Source: Candidatus Scalinduaceae bacterium
GTDB lineage: Bacteria > Planctomycetota > Brocadiia > Brocadiales > Scalinduaceae
Direction: 5' to 3'
NCBI GenBank assembly: GCA_046759445.1
Contig: JBHICG010000041.1
Location: 1 to 30,165 of the forward strand
Length of the DNA: 30,165 bases
The stretch's first letter is position 1, and each line of letters starts with the position of its first letter. Position numbers and translations under genes: made by a program. Below are positions 8,784 through 19,080 of the stretch, one piece after another. Below the pieces are notes generated by a model, which made no database searches, was not told the DNA's origin, and was given only the letters and a program-made list of their open reading frames with translations.

Positions 8784-9008
8784 ATGTTTGGCATGCCGGG
8801 GGGCATAGAATGGATAATCATCCTTATTGTGGCATTGCTTATCTTTGGTAAAAGGTTGCCAGAAGTGATGAAATCCTTAGGAAAAGGTATTGTTGAGTTC
8901 AAAAAAGGCGTTAAAGGCGTAGAGGATGAAATTGAAGACGGCGTAAACGAGAAACATGATAAAATAGAAACGGAAGATAAGAATCATACAAAAGAGATGA
9001 AAGGATAA
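8784..9008 (+). CDS. tatA: twin-arginine translocase TatA/TatE subunit
   Basis: TM helix + FGKRLPEVMKSLGKGIVEFKKG. Confidence 0.95.
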   Translation: MFGMPGGIEWIIILIVALLIFGKRLPEVMKSLGKGIVEFKKGVKGVEDEIEDGVNEKHDKIETEDKNHTKEMKG

Positions 9009-9014
9009 TACTTA

Positions 9015-9113
9015 ATGGCTCAAACCAGTAAAAGACGTAAGCTAAAATGGCGTACTAAAAAAGCAAACCATGGCAGAAAACCAAACATGGGAAGACAAAG
9101 GGGTAAATTATAA
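9015..9113 (+). CDS. 32-aa basic protein, ribosomal protein bL37-like
   Basis: MAQTSKRRKLKWRTKKANHGRKPNMGRQRGKL; KANHG+KPN matches the bL37 KANHGKRPN motif; AAGGA upstream; absent from ORF track. Confidence 0.75.
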   Translation: MAQTSKRRKLKWRTKKANHGRKPNMGRQRGKL

Positions 9114-9115
9114 AT

Positions 9116-9658
9116 TCATTTGCATATTTCTCTTAATGCACGTTCATAAACATTCAAGTCTTTCTCACTGAATAACACGAATCTAACCTCTGCGAAATTA
9201 TGCTCTTGTACGAATGCTTTTACAGTATTAAGGGCAATCCTTGCGGCCTTATCTATCGGAAATCTATAGACACCAGTGCTAATGGATGGAAATGAGATAG
9301 ATTTTATATCCCTCTCCTTTGATATTTTAAGGCTGTTATAATAGGCATTATGAAGGAGTTGTTCCTCATTTCGTTTCCCCCCTGACCAAACAGGACCAAC
9401 AGTATGAATTACATATTTGGCCTTCATATTTCCACCAGACGTTATTACGGCCTCACCTGTAGAACAACCACCTTGTTTTGCCCTAATAATCTCACATTCC
9501 TCCAGGATTTTCGGACCGCCCGCACGGTGAATGGCGCCATCGACCCCTCCTCCACCCAACAGACTTGTATTCGCGGCATTGACTATTGCCTCTGTCTCCT
9601 GTAACGTAATATCACCTTGTATTAAATTTAGTTTGGTTTTACCAATCATTGTTTCCAT
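9116..9658 (-). CDS. macrodomain O-acetyl-ADP-ribose deacetylase (YmdB-like)
   Basis: GDIT, IVNAAN, GGGGVDGAIH, VIHTVGP, FPSISTGVY; start at 9658 after AAGGAG. Confidence 0.93.
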   Translation of the reverse strand: METMIGKTKLNLIQGDITLQETEAIVNAANTSLLGGGGVDGAIHRAGGPKILEECEIIRAKQGGCSTGEAVITSGGNMKAKYVIHTVGPVWSGGKRNEEQLLHNAYYNSLKISKERDIKSISFPSISTGVYRFPIDKAARIALNTVKAFVQEHNFAEVRFVLFSEKDLNVYERALREICK

Positions 9659-9764
9659 TTGTTGCCTCTCCTTTATAAATTGGAAAATTTCTAATGTTAT
9701 TTGGCTTCTCAAACTTTTTTATAAGTTTTGTCTAGTGAACGAAAAAAGAAAGATACCAGAGACA

Positions 9765-10532
9765 TTATGGAAATAATCCAATAAGTTTCATTACCATTGC
9801 AACAACGCAGATTGTAAGTATTATTTTTATCCATTGTTCGCCTTTGGTAACCACCCAATGGCTACCAACCTAACCCCCAAGACCATTGCCAGCAGCTAAT
9901 GCCAGTCCCATCGTCCAGCATATTTTGTTATTAAGTGCAAACGTGAGCAATGCAAATATGGTGTAAACGCCAACAATAAATACCTTGTGGCTATTAGTAT
10001 TTATAAGATTTAGTCCGCTAATCGTAGTTAAGGCGGCAATGATTAGGAAACCAACGCCAGCCTGAATAAACCCGCCATAGATTCCAATAAAAAAGAAGGC
10101 AATCATCGTCATGAGCAGTCGATTCCGTCCTAAACTAATTTTGCCCCCATCATATTGCGGATTGATATACCATCTTTTAGCAGGATTCCAAAGTATGAGT
10201 CCGAGCACAAATAGCATGATAATAGCCAGAACCCTTCTGAACAGGATATCAGACATGTCAATGGCAATTTTGAGCGCCTAAGATGGCTCCCATAAGCGCA
10301 GGCACTGACAGCAAAAGACTTAATTTAAAATTCCCTTTCTCTTAAATCCAGCAACTGCAAATAAACATTGAATCATAATAGCAAGACGGTTAGTACCATT
10401 TGCCACTGCTGCCGGCAGGCCGAGAAAGATGAGTATAGGGAGGGAAAGGAGGGAACCACCACCAGCAAGGGTGTTGATAAATCCTGCAGCGATACCAACG
10501 GTGAAAACAACAGGAATTTGCCAAATTTCCAT
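9765..10532 (-). pseudogene. sulfite exporter TauE/SafE family pseudogene
   Basis: AGFINTLAGGGSLL and GIYGGFIQAGVG motifs; frameshifts near 10330 and 10270; in-frame TAG at 9870-9872, after which the frame continues VGSHWVVTKGEQWIK... to TAA at 9765. Confidence 0.88.
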
Positions 10533-10545
10533 ATAAAATCAAACT

Positions 10546-11865
10546 TTAACCTGTATTCCCCGCAACATTTACGGATCTAAAATAAAAAGGTGGCACACAT
10601 AAACTACCATGCCATTCAGACTTATCACCGATATCTATTATATTATTAAACACATCAAAAACATTCCCTGCTATCATGCAGTCCTTTACTCTTCCAACGA
10701 TCTCACCATTTTCCACAAGATAGCCTAAATCAATATTTACAGAAAATTCTCCTGCAAGGACATTATTCTGGCCTCCGCCAAGAACCTGATCCACAAGTAT
10801 ACCACGCTTTATGTCTTTAATCATATCTTCAAATTTCATTTTTCCGGATTCAACTATAACATTAGAATTACCCGGGGAAGGTTGAGAAGCAAAACTCCTT
10901 GTCCCATTTCCGGTAGATTTAGCATTCATAATACCTGCAGTTTGTAAATCATATATATAGTTCTTGAGTACGCCTGATTCAAAAAGAGGTGTCCTCTGAG
11001 CGCGCACCCCCTCACCATCGCAAATGTAGCTTCCATCAGCATAATCTACCGTTGAATCATCATATATATTGATTCTTTCATCTATTATTTTTAGTCCGAT
11101 TCTGCCCGTTAGCGGAGAAGCGCCTTTTTGAACCATTTTCCCATTACATCCAGTCTCAAATGTTGCTAGCAAAGTTCCAATAGCCTTAGAAGTAAAAACT
11201 ACCGGATAACTACCAGTAGCAATTTCAACCTCCCTTTCTGCTAATTTCAAATCTTGAAGAGCCTTTTCAGTATGTTTTGTAAGATCTTCAACTAACTTTG
11301 CAGAACTTTCACCTTCCCCGATCCATAATAGCCCCTTGTCCTTAACCAGTAATATATCAACGCCTATCCCAAAGGATGTGAACTGAGTACATACATCTAG
11401 GCCACTTGAGTTAATTAGCCTACTCAAACCAATACTTTTTCCGATACTGATTCCACATTCATAATTTGAATTGGTAGATAAGGCTTTTGCTATTTCGTCC
11501 TTGCCGGCTTGTATGCCCTTTTCAATGGGATAGTTTACTACTTTTTCATCAAACAATTTGATATCAATGAATTGATTTTTTGGTTGAAACTCTAACTTCG
11601 CTTCCTGTCCAAATTTAGCGCTTTCCATTGCATTTGAAACGACCTGTTCTGGTTTTCTTAAATCTGTGGTGCTTGAAAAACCAATTTTCCCATCTTTAAT
11701 TACCCGCAGGCCAATTCCTCTGATTGATTTTGTTTGAACGTTCTTTAATTTATTATTTTCGAAGCTGATTGACCTGGATTCACCTTCTTCATATATAACT
11801 TCCACCGAATTAGAATTTTTTAAAGCCAAATCGAGTATCTTTTCCTCTATCTTATTTTCCATCAT
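10546..11865 (-). CDS. pmbA: TldD/PmbA family protein (PmbA/TldE subunit)
   Basis: GIGLRVIKDGKIGFSST, DGEG, STGN, GEFSV; lacks HExxxH. Confidence 0.88.
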   Translation of the reverse strand: MMENKIEEKILDLALKNSNSVEVIYEEGESRSISFENNKLKNVQTKSIRGIGLRVIKDGKIGFSSTTDLRKPEQVVSNAMESAKFGQEAKLEFQPKNQFIDIKLFDEKVVNYPIEKGIQAGKDEIAKALSTNSNYECGISIGKSIGLSRLINSSGLDVCTQFTSFGIGVDILLVKDKGLLWIGEGESSAKLVEDLTKHTEKALQDLKLAEREVEIATGSYPVVFTSKAIGTLLATFETGCNGKMVQKGASPLTGRIGLKIIDERINIYDDSTVDYADGSYICDGEGVRAQRTPLFESGVLKNYIYDLQTAGIMNAKSTGNGTRSFASQPSPGNSNVIVESGKMKFEDMIKDIKRGILVDQVLGGGQNNVLAGEFSVNIDLGYLVENGEIVGRVKDCMIAGNVFDVFNNIIDIGDKSEWHGSLCVPPFYFRSVNVAGNTG

Positions 11866-12968
11866 TCTCTAATATTGAAAGACGGTTTATCCCGTTTTTC
11901 ACCAGGTTCTAATTTCTCAACTTTTATCCTTAAACGTAAATCATTTGTGCTATCCGCATGGGCTAATGCATTTTCATAACTTATCACTTTCGACTTAAAA
12001 AGATTGAATATTGCCTGGTCAAAAGTATGCATACCTTCCTGGCTGCCTTTTGCCATGACCTCTTTAAGTGTTTCTATTTCCCCTTTAAACATCAAATCCT
12101 TCACTCTTGGGGTATCTAATAATATTTCAAAAGCAGCGACTCTTTTCTCGTCAATCGTAGGTATAAGTCTTTGAGAAATTATTGAGCGAAGATTGAGTGA
12201 AAGCAAAAGATATATTTGATCATGTCTTTCTGAGGGGAAAAAATTAATAATACGTTCAATTGCCTGATTGGCATTGTTAGCATGTAATGTACCCAAACAT
12301 AGATGGCCTGTTTCAGCAAAGCTAATGGTAGCATCCATTGTTTCCGTATCCCTGATTTCGCCTACAAGGATAACGTCTGGCGCCTGTCTAAATGTATTTT
12401 TCAAAGCATTTGCAAAAGAATGTGTATCTATTCCCACTTCCCTTTGAGTTACTACCGACATCTTATGTCGATGAACATATTCAATCGGATCTTCAATAGT
12501 GATAATATGATCTGGAGAATTTGAATTTCTATGGTCTATCATTGCGGCAAGGGTTGTGGATTTCCCCGAGCCTGTTCCTCCAACCACCAATACAAGACCA
12601 CGTTTTGTCATTACGATGTTTTTTAAGATAGGAGGTAATTCCATCTCATCTATGGTTTTGATGATATGTTTAATCTGGCGGATTACAATACTTATGCTAT
12701 TCCTTTGATATAATATATTCATCCTGAAACGTCCAAGAGATGGATAAGTTATGGCAAGGTTCATCTCTTTTTCCTTGAGAAAAGTAGTCTTCTGCTTCTC
12801 GCTCATTATTGAAAAAGCAAGTTTTTCGGTATCATCGGGCGTCAGGGCATCTTCAGATACAGGTGTTGCCTTGCCTTGCACACGATAGGCGGGTGGAAAA
12901 CCTACAGTGAGGTAAACATCTGATGCATCTAATTTGACCATCTTACCTAAATATTCTTTTATATCCAT
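11862..12968 (-). CDS. pilU: type IV pilus retraction ATPase PilU
   Basis: GGTGSGKST, TIEDPIE, RQAPDVILVGEIRD, TLHANNANQA. Confidence 0.92.
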   Translation of the reverse strand: MDIKEYLGKMVKLDASDVYLTVGFPPAYRVQGKATPVSEDALTPDDTEKLAFSIMSEKQKTTFLKEKEMNLAITYPSLGRFRMNILYQRNSISIVIRQIKHIIKTIDEMELPPILKNIVMTKRGLVLVVGGTGSGKSTTLAAMIDHRNSNSPDHIITIEDPIEYVHRHKMSVVTQREVGIDTHSFANALKNTFRQAPDVILVGEIRDTETMDATISFAETGHLCLGTLHANNANQAIERIINFFPSERHDQIYLLLSLNLRSIISQRLIPTIDEKRVAAFEILLDTPRVKDLMFKGEIETLKEVMAKGSQEGMHTFDQAIFNLFKSKVISYENALAHADSTNDLRLRIKVEKLEPGEKRDKPSFNIRE

Positions 12969-12977
12969 TTCCTATAT

Positions 12978-14021
12978 TTAAGCCTTTATTATATTGGGGT
13001 TACTAAGAAGGTTTTTTATACTATCCAACGAAACACTTTCCTTCTCATAAAGTTCTTTTAAGGCATCATCCATAGTTTGCATTCCATGCTGTCTTCCCGT
13101 TTGTATGGAAGAATGTATCTGGGCAACCTTTCCTTCTCTAATAAGGTTTCTTATAGCATGTGTTGCAATCATAATCTCTAATGCCACAACCCTACCCTTT
13201 CCATCTTTACGTTTAATTAGACTTTGGCTAATAACGGCTAAAATTGACTCCGAAAACATGGTTCTTATTTGTGATTGTTGTTCAGCAGGGAAAACATCTA
13301 TTATTCTATCAATTGTCTTTGGAGCGCTTGAGGTATGTAAGGTACTTAAAACCAGATGACCTGTTTCAGCAGCAGTTATGGCCAAAGAAATTGTTTCTAG
13401 GTCTCTCATTTCTCCAACTAATATCACATCCGGATCCTCTCTTAAAGCAGATCGTAAGGCATTCGCAAAACTTTTGGTATGAACGCCTAACTCTCTTTGA
13501 TTAATAAGAGCCTTCTTGGGTTCATATTCGAACTCTATGGGATCTTCTACTGTAATTATGTGAACCTTATCTTCTGAATTAACAAACTCAAGCATAGATG
13601 CTAATGTCGTTGACTTGCCACTACCCGTTGGTCCTGTAACCAGGACTAACCCTTTATTTTTTCTTGCTATGTCTGCAAGTATATTTGGAAGCCCCAGGTC
13701 TGCTAGACTGGGTATTATAAAAGGTATTGTCCTGAAAACTATCGCTTCTCCCCTGTTTTGAACAAAGGCGTTGACCCTATAGCGTGATGTCTCACCAAAT
13801 GAAATAGCAAAATCCAGCTCCTGAACTTCTTCAAAAATTTTACGTTGTCGGTCATTTAGTATATCATACAATATAGTATGAACATCCTCTTTGCCCAAGG
13901 GTAAAGTGTCTAATTTCTGTAAATCACCATCTTTTCTGACCATCGGTGGCTCGCCAGAACTAATGTGTAAGTCTGAAGCGTTCTGATCTTTTGCAAATTT
14001 GAGTAATTCTGTAATATCCAT
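12978..14021 (-). CDS. pilT: type IV pilus retraction ATPase PilT
   Basis: GPTGSGKSTT, ALREDPDVILVGEMRD, AIRNLIRE motif. Confidence 0.95.
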   Translation of the reverse strand: MDITELLKFAKDQNASDLHISSGEPPMVRKDGDLQKLDTLPLGKEDVHTILYDILNDRQRKIFEEVQELDFAISFGETSRYRVNAFVQNRGEAIVFRTIPFIIPSLADLGLPNILADIARKNKGLVLVTGPTGSGKSTTLASMLEFVNSEDKVHIITVEDPIEFEYEPKKALINQRELGVHTKSFANALRSALREDPDVILVGEMRDLETISLAITAAETGHLVLSTLHTSSAPKTIDRIIDVFPAEQQSQIRTMFSESILAVISQSLIKRKDGKGRVVALEIMIATHAIRNLIREGKVAQIHSSIQTGRQHGMQTMDDALKELYEKESVSLDSIKNLLSNPNIIKA

Positions 14022-14123
14022 GGACTTAATCCTTTCTCTTTATTACTTTACTCTGTTTCAATAATCATTAAAAATAATATGTTAGTTAACATGAAAATTA
14101 TCTATTGGCCTATTTGTTTTTTC

Positions 14124-15485
14124 TTATCTACCACCGATTGTTACGTTTCTTATTCTAATATGTGGACCACCATCGCTTACACGCAAGGGGGATTGTCCGC
14201 CTTTACCGCAGCCACCAAGCCCTCCAAAAAAGACAAGGTCATTTCCAATTGCGTCTATATTCATTAATGTCTCAAATACATTACCCGTCAAAACCACATC
14301 ACGAATCTTTTCACAGAGTTTTCCACCTCTTATATGATATGCTTCTTCTGCACTAAACGTAAACATCTCTGTATTTGTTTGGCCTCCAAGTGAACCTTTT
14401 GCATATATGCCTTCACCTGCGCTTGCTAACATATCTTCAAATGTCCAACTACGGGGTTCCATATATGTGTTAGTCATGCGCACAATTGGCTCGTGGGTAT
14501 AACTAATTGCTCTGGAATTTCCTGTCGGATCTTCGTCCATTTTTGCCGCTGTTTCTCTTGAATGTAACCGACTTGCTAAAATACCATCCTTTATTAGATA
14601 TGTTTTTTGTGACGGCGTTCCCTCGCTGTCATATTTATTGTAACCCGCCTCTCCTTCTAATGTACCATCGTCTACAATACACAAATCATCTGAACCAAAA
14701 CGCTTTCCAATTTTCATAACCTCACGAAGTTTCTTGTTTTCATATATAAAATCCGCTTCACTCAAATGTCCGAATGCCTCGTGTGTAAATACGCCACAGA
14801 GTTTTGGGTCAACAATTATGGTGTATTTGCCGCCTTCTACTGGTTTTGCAGAAAGTAAATCAACGGCTCTCTTTGTAACCTCTTCACACTTTTCCTCAAA
14901 GTTTTCGACTTTTTTGTATCCTCTAAGGTCGCCAACGGAATTATAGGCTTGCTGTACGTTCATACCGTCCTTGGCAATCGCTAAAACTGAGACTCCACAG
15001 AATATGTTCTCAGAAACTATAAAACTGCCTTCCAGGTTTGCGAAATAAAGTGTACTATGAGAATCCATATACCTGACATTGGATGTTTGAATTTTTTTTG
15101 AAGACAAGACTATGTTATTGTATTTATGGCACAATTCATGTTTGTCAGTCAATGATATATCTGCAGGATCAACTTCAACCTTAGTTTTGGCAGTATCGTT
15201 TATAACCTTAGTCTTTGCAAGCGAAACTTTCTTACCTCCAACGAGTTTAGCCTGCTCACATGCAATTTCGACGTAGCGTGGAAGATTCTCAATATCATTA
15301 AAAGCCACAAATCCCCATCCGCCCTTAACGAGAGCACGAACACTACCCCCAATGCTACTGCTTTCACCTATATTCTCCAATTCCTTACCTACGTAAGTAA
15401 TACCTGTTCCCCTTCCCTCCTGTATACGTATTTCTATATGGTCGGCATTTGCCGATTTTAATGCATTTTTTATTAATTTTTCCAC
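14124..15485 (-). CDS. tldD: TldD metalloprotease subunit
   Basis: HEAFGHLSEAD, RMTNTY, CGKGGQ; GTG start. Confidence 0.93.
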   Translation of the reverse strand: MEKLIKNALKSANADHIEIRIQEGRGTGITYVGKELENIGESSSIGGSVRALVKGGWGFVAFNDIENLPRYVEIACEQAKLVGGKKVSLAKTKVINDTAKTKVEVDPADISLTDKHELCHKYNNIVLSSKKIQTSNVRYMDSHSTLYFANLEGSFIVSENIFCGVSVLAIAKDGMNVQQAYNSVGDLRGYKKVENFEEKCEEVTKRAVDLLSAKPVEGGKYTIIVDPKLCGVFTHEAFGHLSEADFIYENKKLREVMKIGKRFGSDDLCIVDDGTLEGEAGYNKYDSEGTPSQKTYLIKDGILASRLHSRETAAKMDEDPTGNSRAISYTHEPIVRMTNTYMEPRSWTFEDMLASAGEGIYAKGSLGGQTNTEMFTFSAEEAYHIRGGKLCEKIRDVVLTGNVFETLMNIDAIGNDLVFFGGLGGCGKGGQSPLRVSDGGPHIRIRNVTIGGR

Positions 15486-15724
15486 TAGTTATTGTATTGT
15501 TTTATCACGGATACTTACGTAATTGCACTAAGTGTCATAATATTATTCTTAGCATTTTAAAATCATCTGTTTCAAAGTGAAACAATAAACTCTTTAATCC
15601 GTTAGATAAATGTCAGAACATATTTAATCGATAGTACCTAAGCTAATTAATATCTGTTGCAGAAAGCCTAAATACCCTAAAATGCATTGGCAATACCGAA
15701 ACAGATACTAATTAGCTTGCAGCT

Positions 15725-17752
15725 TCAGTGCCAATTAGTGTATTTCGGTGTTAAATTGCAAATTAATTCTTCGAATTTCTCTTTATTTAAAATTGTTGTA
15801 CCCAAAGCTTTTGCCTTTTCAAATTTCGACCCTGGCAATTCACCAACAATCAAAAAATCTGTTTTACTACTTACTGTAGATGATACTCTACCGCCTAAAT
15901 TTTTTATTATGTCTTCTATCTCTTTCCTGGTATATCCATTCAAGGTTCCAGTTACCACAAAAGACTTTCCGGCAATATCAGAAACTGTTCTTCTTTCTTT
16001 ACGTATTAACTCCGTGTTAACACCTGCCGTCTTTAGCTTCTCGAGGACTTCCTTTGTGTGTGTATCTGAGAAGAACTTAACGATACTCCTTGCCATAATA
16101 TTCCCAACCTCATAGATTTCTTCTAACTCTTCAATAGATGCGCTTGCAATTCTATCGATCGTGCCAAAATGTTTTGAGAGTATCTCCGCTGCGTGAGAAC
16201 CAACATGCTGTATTCCTAATGCACAGATCAAGTGGTGTAAATCTCTTCCCTTGCTTTTTTCGACAGAATTAAGCAAATTTTTTACCGATTTTTTCCCCAT
16301 TCTTTCAAGTGATACAAGATTATCAAATTTAAGAGTATAAATATCTGCGTAGTCTCTCACAATTTTCTTATCTACTAATTGTTCGATTATGGCAGGACCT
16401 AAGCCCTCAATATCCATTGCATTTCTACTTGCAAAGTATAGTATTCTCTTTTTTGTCTGAGCAGTACATAAAGGATTGTAACATTTTAGATATACCTCTT
16501 CTTTAAAAATATCACCTTTGCAGATAGGGCATCTTTTCGGCAATTTAAATGTTTTTTCATTTCCTGTACGTCTTTCTTTGATAACCCTAACCACCTGAGG
16601 AATAATTTCTCCAGCCTTCTGAACAGTGACATAATCCCCTACACGAGTATCCTTTCTCTCTATTTCATCAAAATTATGAAGGGTTGCCCTGCTTACCGTT
16701 GTACCACTGAGTTGCACAGGTCTTAATTCTGCCACCGGTGTTAATGTGCCCGTTTTACCAACCTGTACCCTTATTGCCTCAATCCTGGATACAGCTTCTT
16801 CAGGATGATATTTGTAAGACATAACCCAACGGGGCGCCTTGCTGGTAGAACCCAGCTTATCATGTAGTTCTAGTGAATTAACCTTTATGACCATTCCATC
16901 AACCTGATAATTAAGGTCGCTTCGCTTGGTTTCCCAAGAATTACAATACGAGATAGCCTCATCTATATCCCTGCATAATCTGTAATGCGGATTTACGGGA
17001 AGGCCGAATTCTTTAAGAGTTTCAAGACACTCAATGTGGCTCTTACATCTGACATCTTCATAATAACCAAAGGCGTATGCAAATAAGCGTAAAGGCCTTT
17101 TAGATGTTATATGAGGGTCGAGGAGTTTAAGAGAACCTGCTGCAGCATTCCTTGGATTAGCAAATTGAGGTTCATCAGATTCCTCTCGTTCCTGGTTTAG
17201 TCTCTGGAATTCCTTGTTTGGCAGGTATATCTCACCTCTAATTTCGATAACCGAAGGTATTTTTTTGCCTTCTGGACACAAAAATCTCAGAGGAATATCC
17301 TTTACGGTTCTTAAATTTGCTGTAACATCATCACCCCTAAAACCATCGCCCCTTGTCGCACCACGCATAAAGATCCCTTTTTCATACCACAGTGTAATTG
17401 CCACACCATCAATCTTAAGTTCTACAACGTATTCTATTTTACCTACATGCTTTAACATTCGCCTAATCCTATGATCGAACTCCGTCAATTCCTCTTCTGA
17501 GTAAGTATTTTCAATACTAAGCATAGGTATTCTGTGCTCGATTGATGTGAATCCCATTATAGGTTCACCGCTTACACGTTGAGTGGGAGAATCAGGCGTA
17601 ATCAGGTGTGGATAAGCCCTTTCAAGCCTCTCTAACTCCTTTATCAGTTGATCATATTCATAATCCGTAATCTCAGGTGCACTCTCAACATAATATTTTT
17701 TATCGTGGTACCGGATTTTCTCACGAATGTTTTCTATAACCTTCTTATTCAT
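15725..17752 (-). CDS. ligA: NAD-dependent DNA ligase
   Basis: ELKIDG, TRGDG, ANPRNAAAGS, Zn finger, HhH, BRCT. Confidence 0.98.
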   Translation of the reverse strand: MNKKVIENIREKIRYHDKKYYVESAPEITDYEYDQLIKELERLERAYPHLITPDSPTQRVSGEPIMGFTSIEHRIPMLSIENTYSEEELTEFDHRIRRMLKHVGKIEYVVELKIDGVAITLWYEKGIFMRGATRGDGFRGDDVTANLRTVKDIPLRFLCPEGKKIPSVIEIRGEIYLPNKEFQRLNQEREESDEPQFANPRNAAAGSLKLLDPHITSKRPLRLFAYAFGYYEDVRCKSHIECLETLKEFGLPVNPHYRLCRDIDEAISYCNSWETKRSDLNYQVDGMVIKVNSLELHDKLGSTSKAPRWVMSYKYHPEEAVSRIEAIRVQVGKTGTLTPVAELRPVQLSGTTVSRATLHNFDEIERKDTRVGDYVTVQKAGEIIPQVVRVIKERRTGNEKTFKLPKRCPICKGDIFKEEVYLKCYNPLCTAQTKKRILYFASRNAMDIEGLGPAIIEQLVDKKIVRDYADIYTLKFDNLVSLERMGKKSVKNLLNSVEKSKGRDLHHLICALGIQHVGSHAAEILSKHFGTIDRIASASIEELEEIYEVGNIMARSIVKFFSDTHTKEVLEKLKTAGVNTELIRKERRTVSDIAGKSFVVTGTLNGYTRKEIEDIIKNLGGRVSSTVSSKTDFLIVGELPGSKFEKAKALGTTILNKEKFEELICNLTPKYTNWH

Positions 17753-17869
17753 TTCTGTTCATTTAGTTTTGCGTAGCAATTAAAGAACAAATTGGCGATT
17801 CGCCCCTCGGTTATTAGTTCAACGCCTGAACGGTTATCAATCTGGTGGACTGAAAAGAAGCCGATTATG

Positions 17870-17897
17870 AGTATATCAAATTATTTCCATTAGTCAA
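17870..17897 (-). promoter_or_regulatory. sigma70-type promoter for ligA
   Basis: Minus strand TTGACT-16 nt-TATACT with TGn. Confidence 0.45.
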
Positions 17898-17933
17898 TAA
17901 ATCCGTCTATACGAGGTTCATAAGCGAAAAACC

Positions 17934-17962
17934 TTGACATTAAAATTCGTTTTTTATAGATT
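17934..17962 (+). promoter_or_regulatory. sigma70-type promoter, divergent from ligA
   Basis: TTGACA-17 nt-TAGATT. Confidence 0.5.
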
Positions 17963-18044
17963 GTATGTTAAGTACTAGCCAGGTAATTTCTAGAAAACCC
18001 TAAAAGCTATTTTAAAACTCTAAATTTTGCATCAAAGGACATAA

Positions 18045-18812
18045 ATGTTTAAGAAGGATAAGGGATCGAAAGAATTTTTCGAGATCTTTAAAAATCCACA
18101 ACAGAAAGAAGGTATTAAACACCGTGGCGGCGTATCCCAAAAGGAACAAGCCACCCCATCCATTATTCCTAAACCAGTTATAGAAAATAGTCAAAAAACC
18201 CAAAAAGAAGAAACAAAAAATAAACGCTTAGATTGGATTAAGAATACAAGAAGTGGCGAGACTTTTCAAACCGGTGATAGAAACGTCAGAAAGTTATTTT
18301 TAAATGAAGTTGTCTTTAAGCAGGAAACTTTGATTCTGGCCGCACTGGGCGCTGCTATTTTATCAACGGCATGTTTTTTCACCGGTTATAAGATTGGTTA
18401 CAATAAAGCCCTGAGTCCTGAAATATTACAAGAATCTCTTACACAGCCAAAGATGAGTAAAGAAGTTAAATCTATACCGCCGGGTAAGGAAATAAAAGCC
18501 GTAGACTTATCAAAGAAAACTTCAATTACTACAAATAAGAAAAAACAAAATGTAAAATGGACACTTCAAATTATAACCTATAGTAATAACAAAAAGAACG
18601 TAAAGAAGGCTACTAATCTGGCAAAGGCTATCAAGGATATGACAGGTTACAGCACTTTTGTAGCAAAAAGGGGCAAGGAACTTGTTGTATGTGTTGGTAA
18701 ATTTGACTCTAAGAATAATACTGAAATGAAAAATATTTTAGCTGAGATCAGTAGTTTAGAATATGAAGGAAAGAAGCAATTTGCAGGTAGTTATCCAATT
18801 CAAATAAGATAA
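18045..18812 (+). CDS. single-TM hypothetical protein with C-terminal SPOR-like domain
   Basis: Central TM helix (FFTGYKIG), low-complexity linker, WTLQIITY...VCVGKF pattern. Confidence 0.65.
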   Translation: MFKKDKGSKEFFEIFKNPQQKEGIKHRGGVSQKEQATPSIIPKPVIENSQKTQKEETKNKRLDWIKNTRSGETFQTGDRNVRKLFLNEVVFKQETLILAALGAAILSTACFFTGYKIGYNKALSPEILQESLTQPKMSKEVKSIPPGKEIKAVDLSKKTSITTNKKKQNVKWTLQIITYSNNKKNVKKATNLAKAIKDMTGYSTFVAKRGKELVVCVGKFDSKNNTEMKNILAEISSLEYEGKKQFAGSYPIQIR

Positions 18813-18825
18813 GGGAGAAATAACG

Positions 18826-19080
18826 ATGAGTATTGACAAAAGTCTTGTAACAAAGGGCAAACTGGCCAGGCACAGAAATGTACTTACAAGGGCAGAACGT
18901 GTCAAATTTCTAATGGATGAAGGTTTGTGGGAAGAGGGAAAATCTGTCTTTGGTATACCAAAAGTAAAAAACATAAAGATACGAAAGAAGGCGAAGGCAG
19001 CAAAAGAAAAAACTGAAGAGGCCACTACTCCAACAGGTGAAGAAGAGAAAGAGAAAGAGAAAAAGGAAAAGGCATCCTGA
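18826..19080 (+). CDS. PVC-superphylum small basic protein
   Basis: MSIDKSL...RHRNVLTRAERV...W.EG.SVFGIPKVK pattern. Confidence 0.88.
   Translation: MSIDKSLVTKGKLARHRNVLTRAERVKFLMDEGLWEEGKSVFGIPKVKNIKIRKKAKAAKEKTEEATTPTGEEEKEKEKKEKAS

Noticed and set aside
9870..9872. TAG as pyrrolysine or readthrough in the TauE gene
   Set aside because: The same gene has two frameshifts, so a nonsense mutation of TGG is the simpler explanation.
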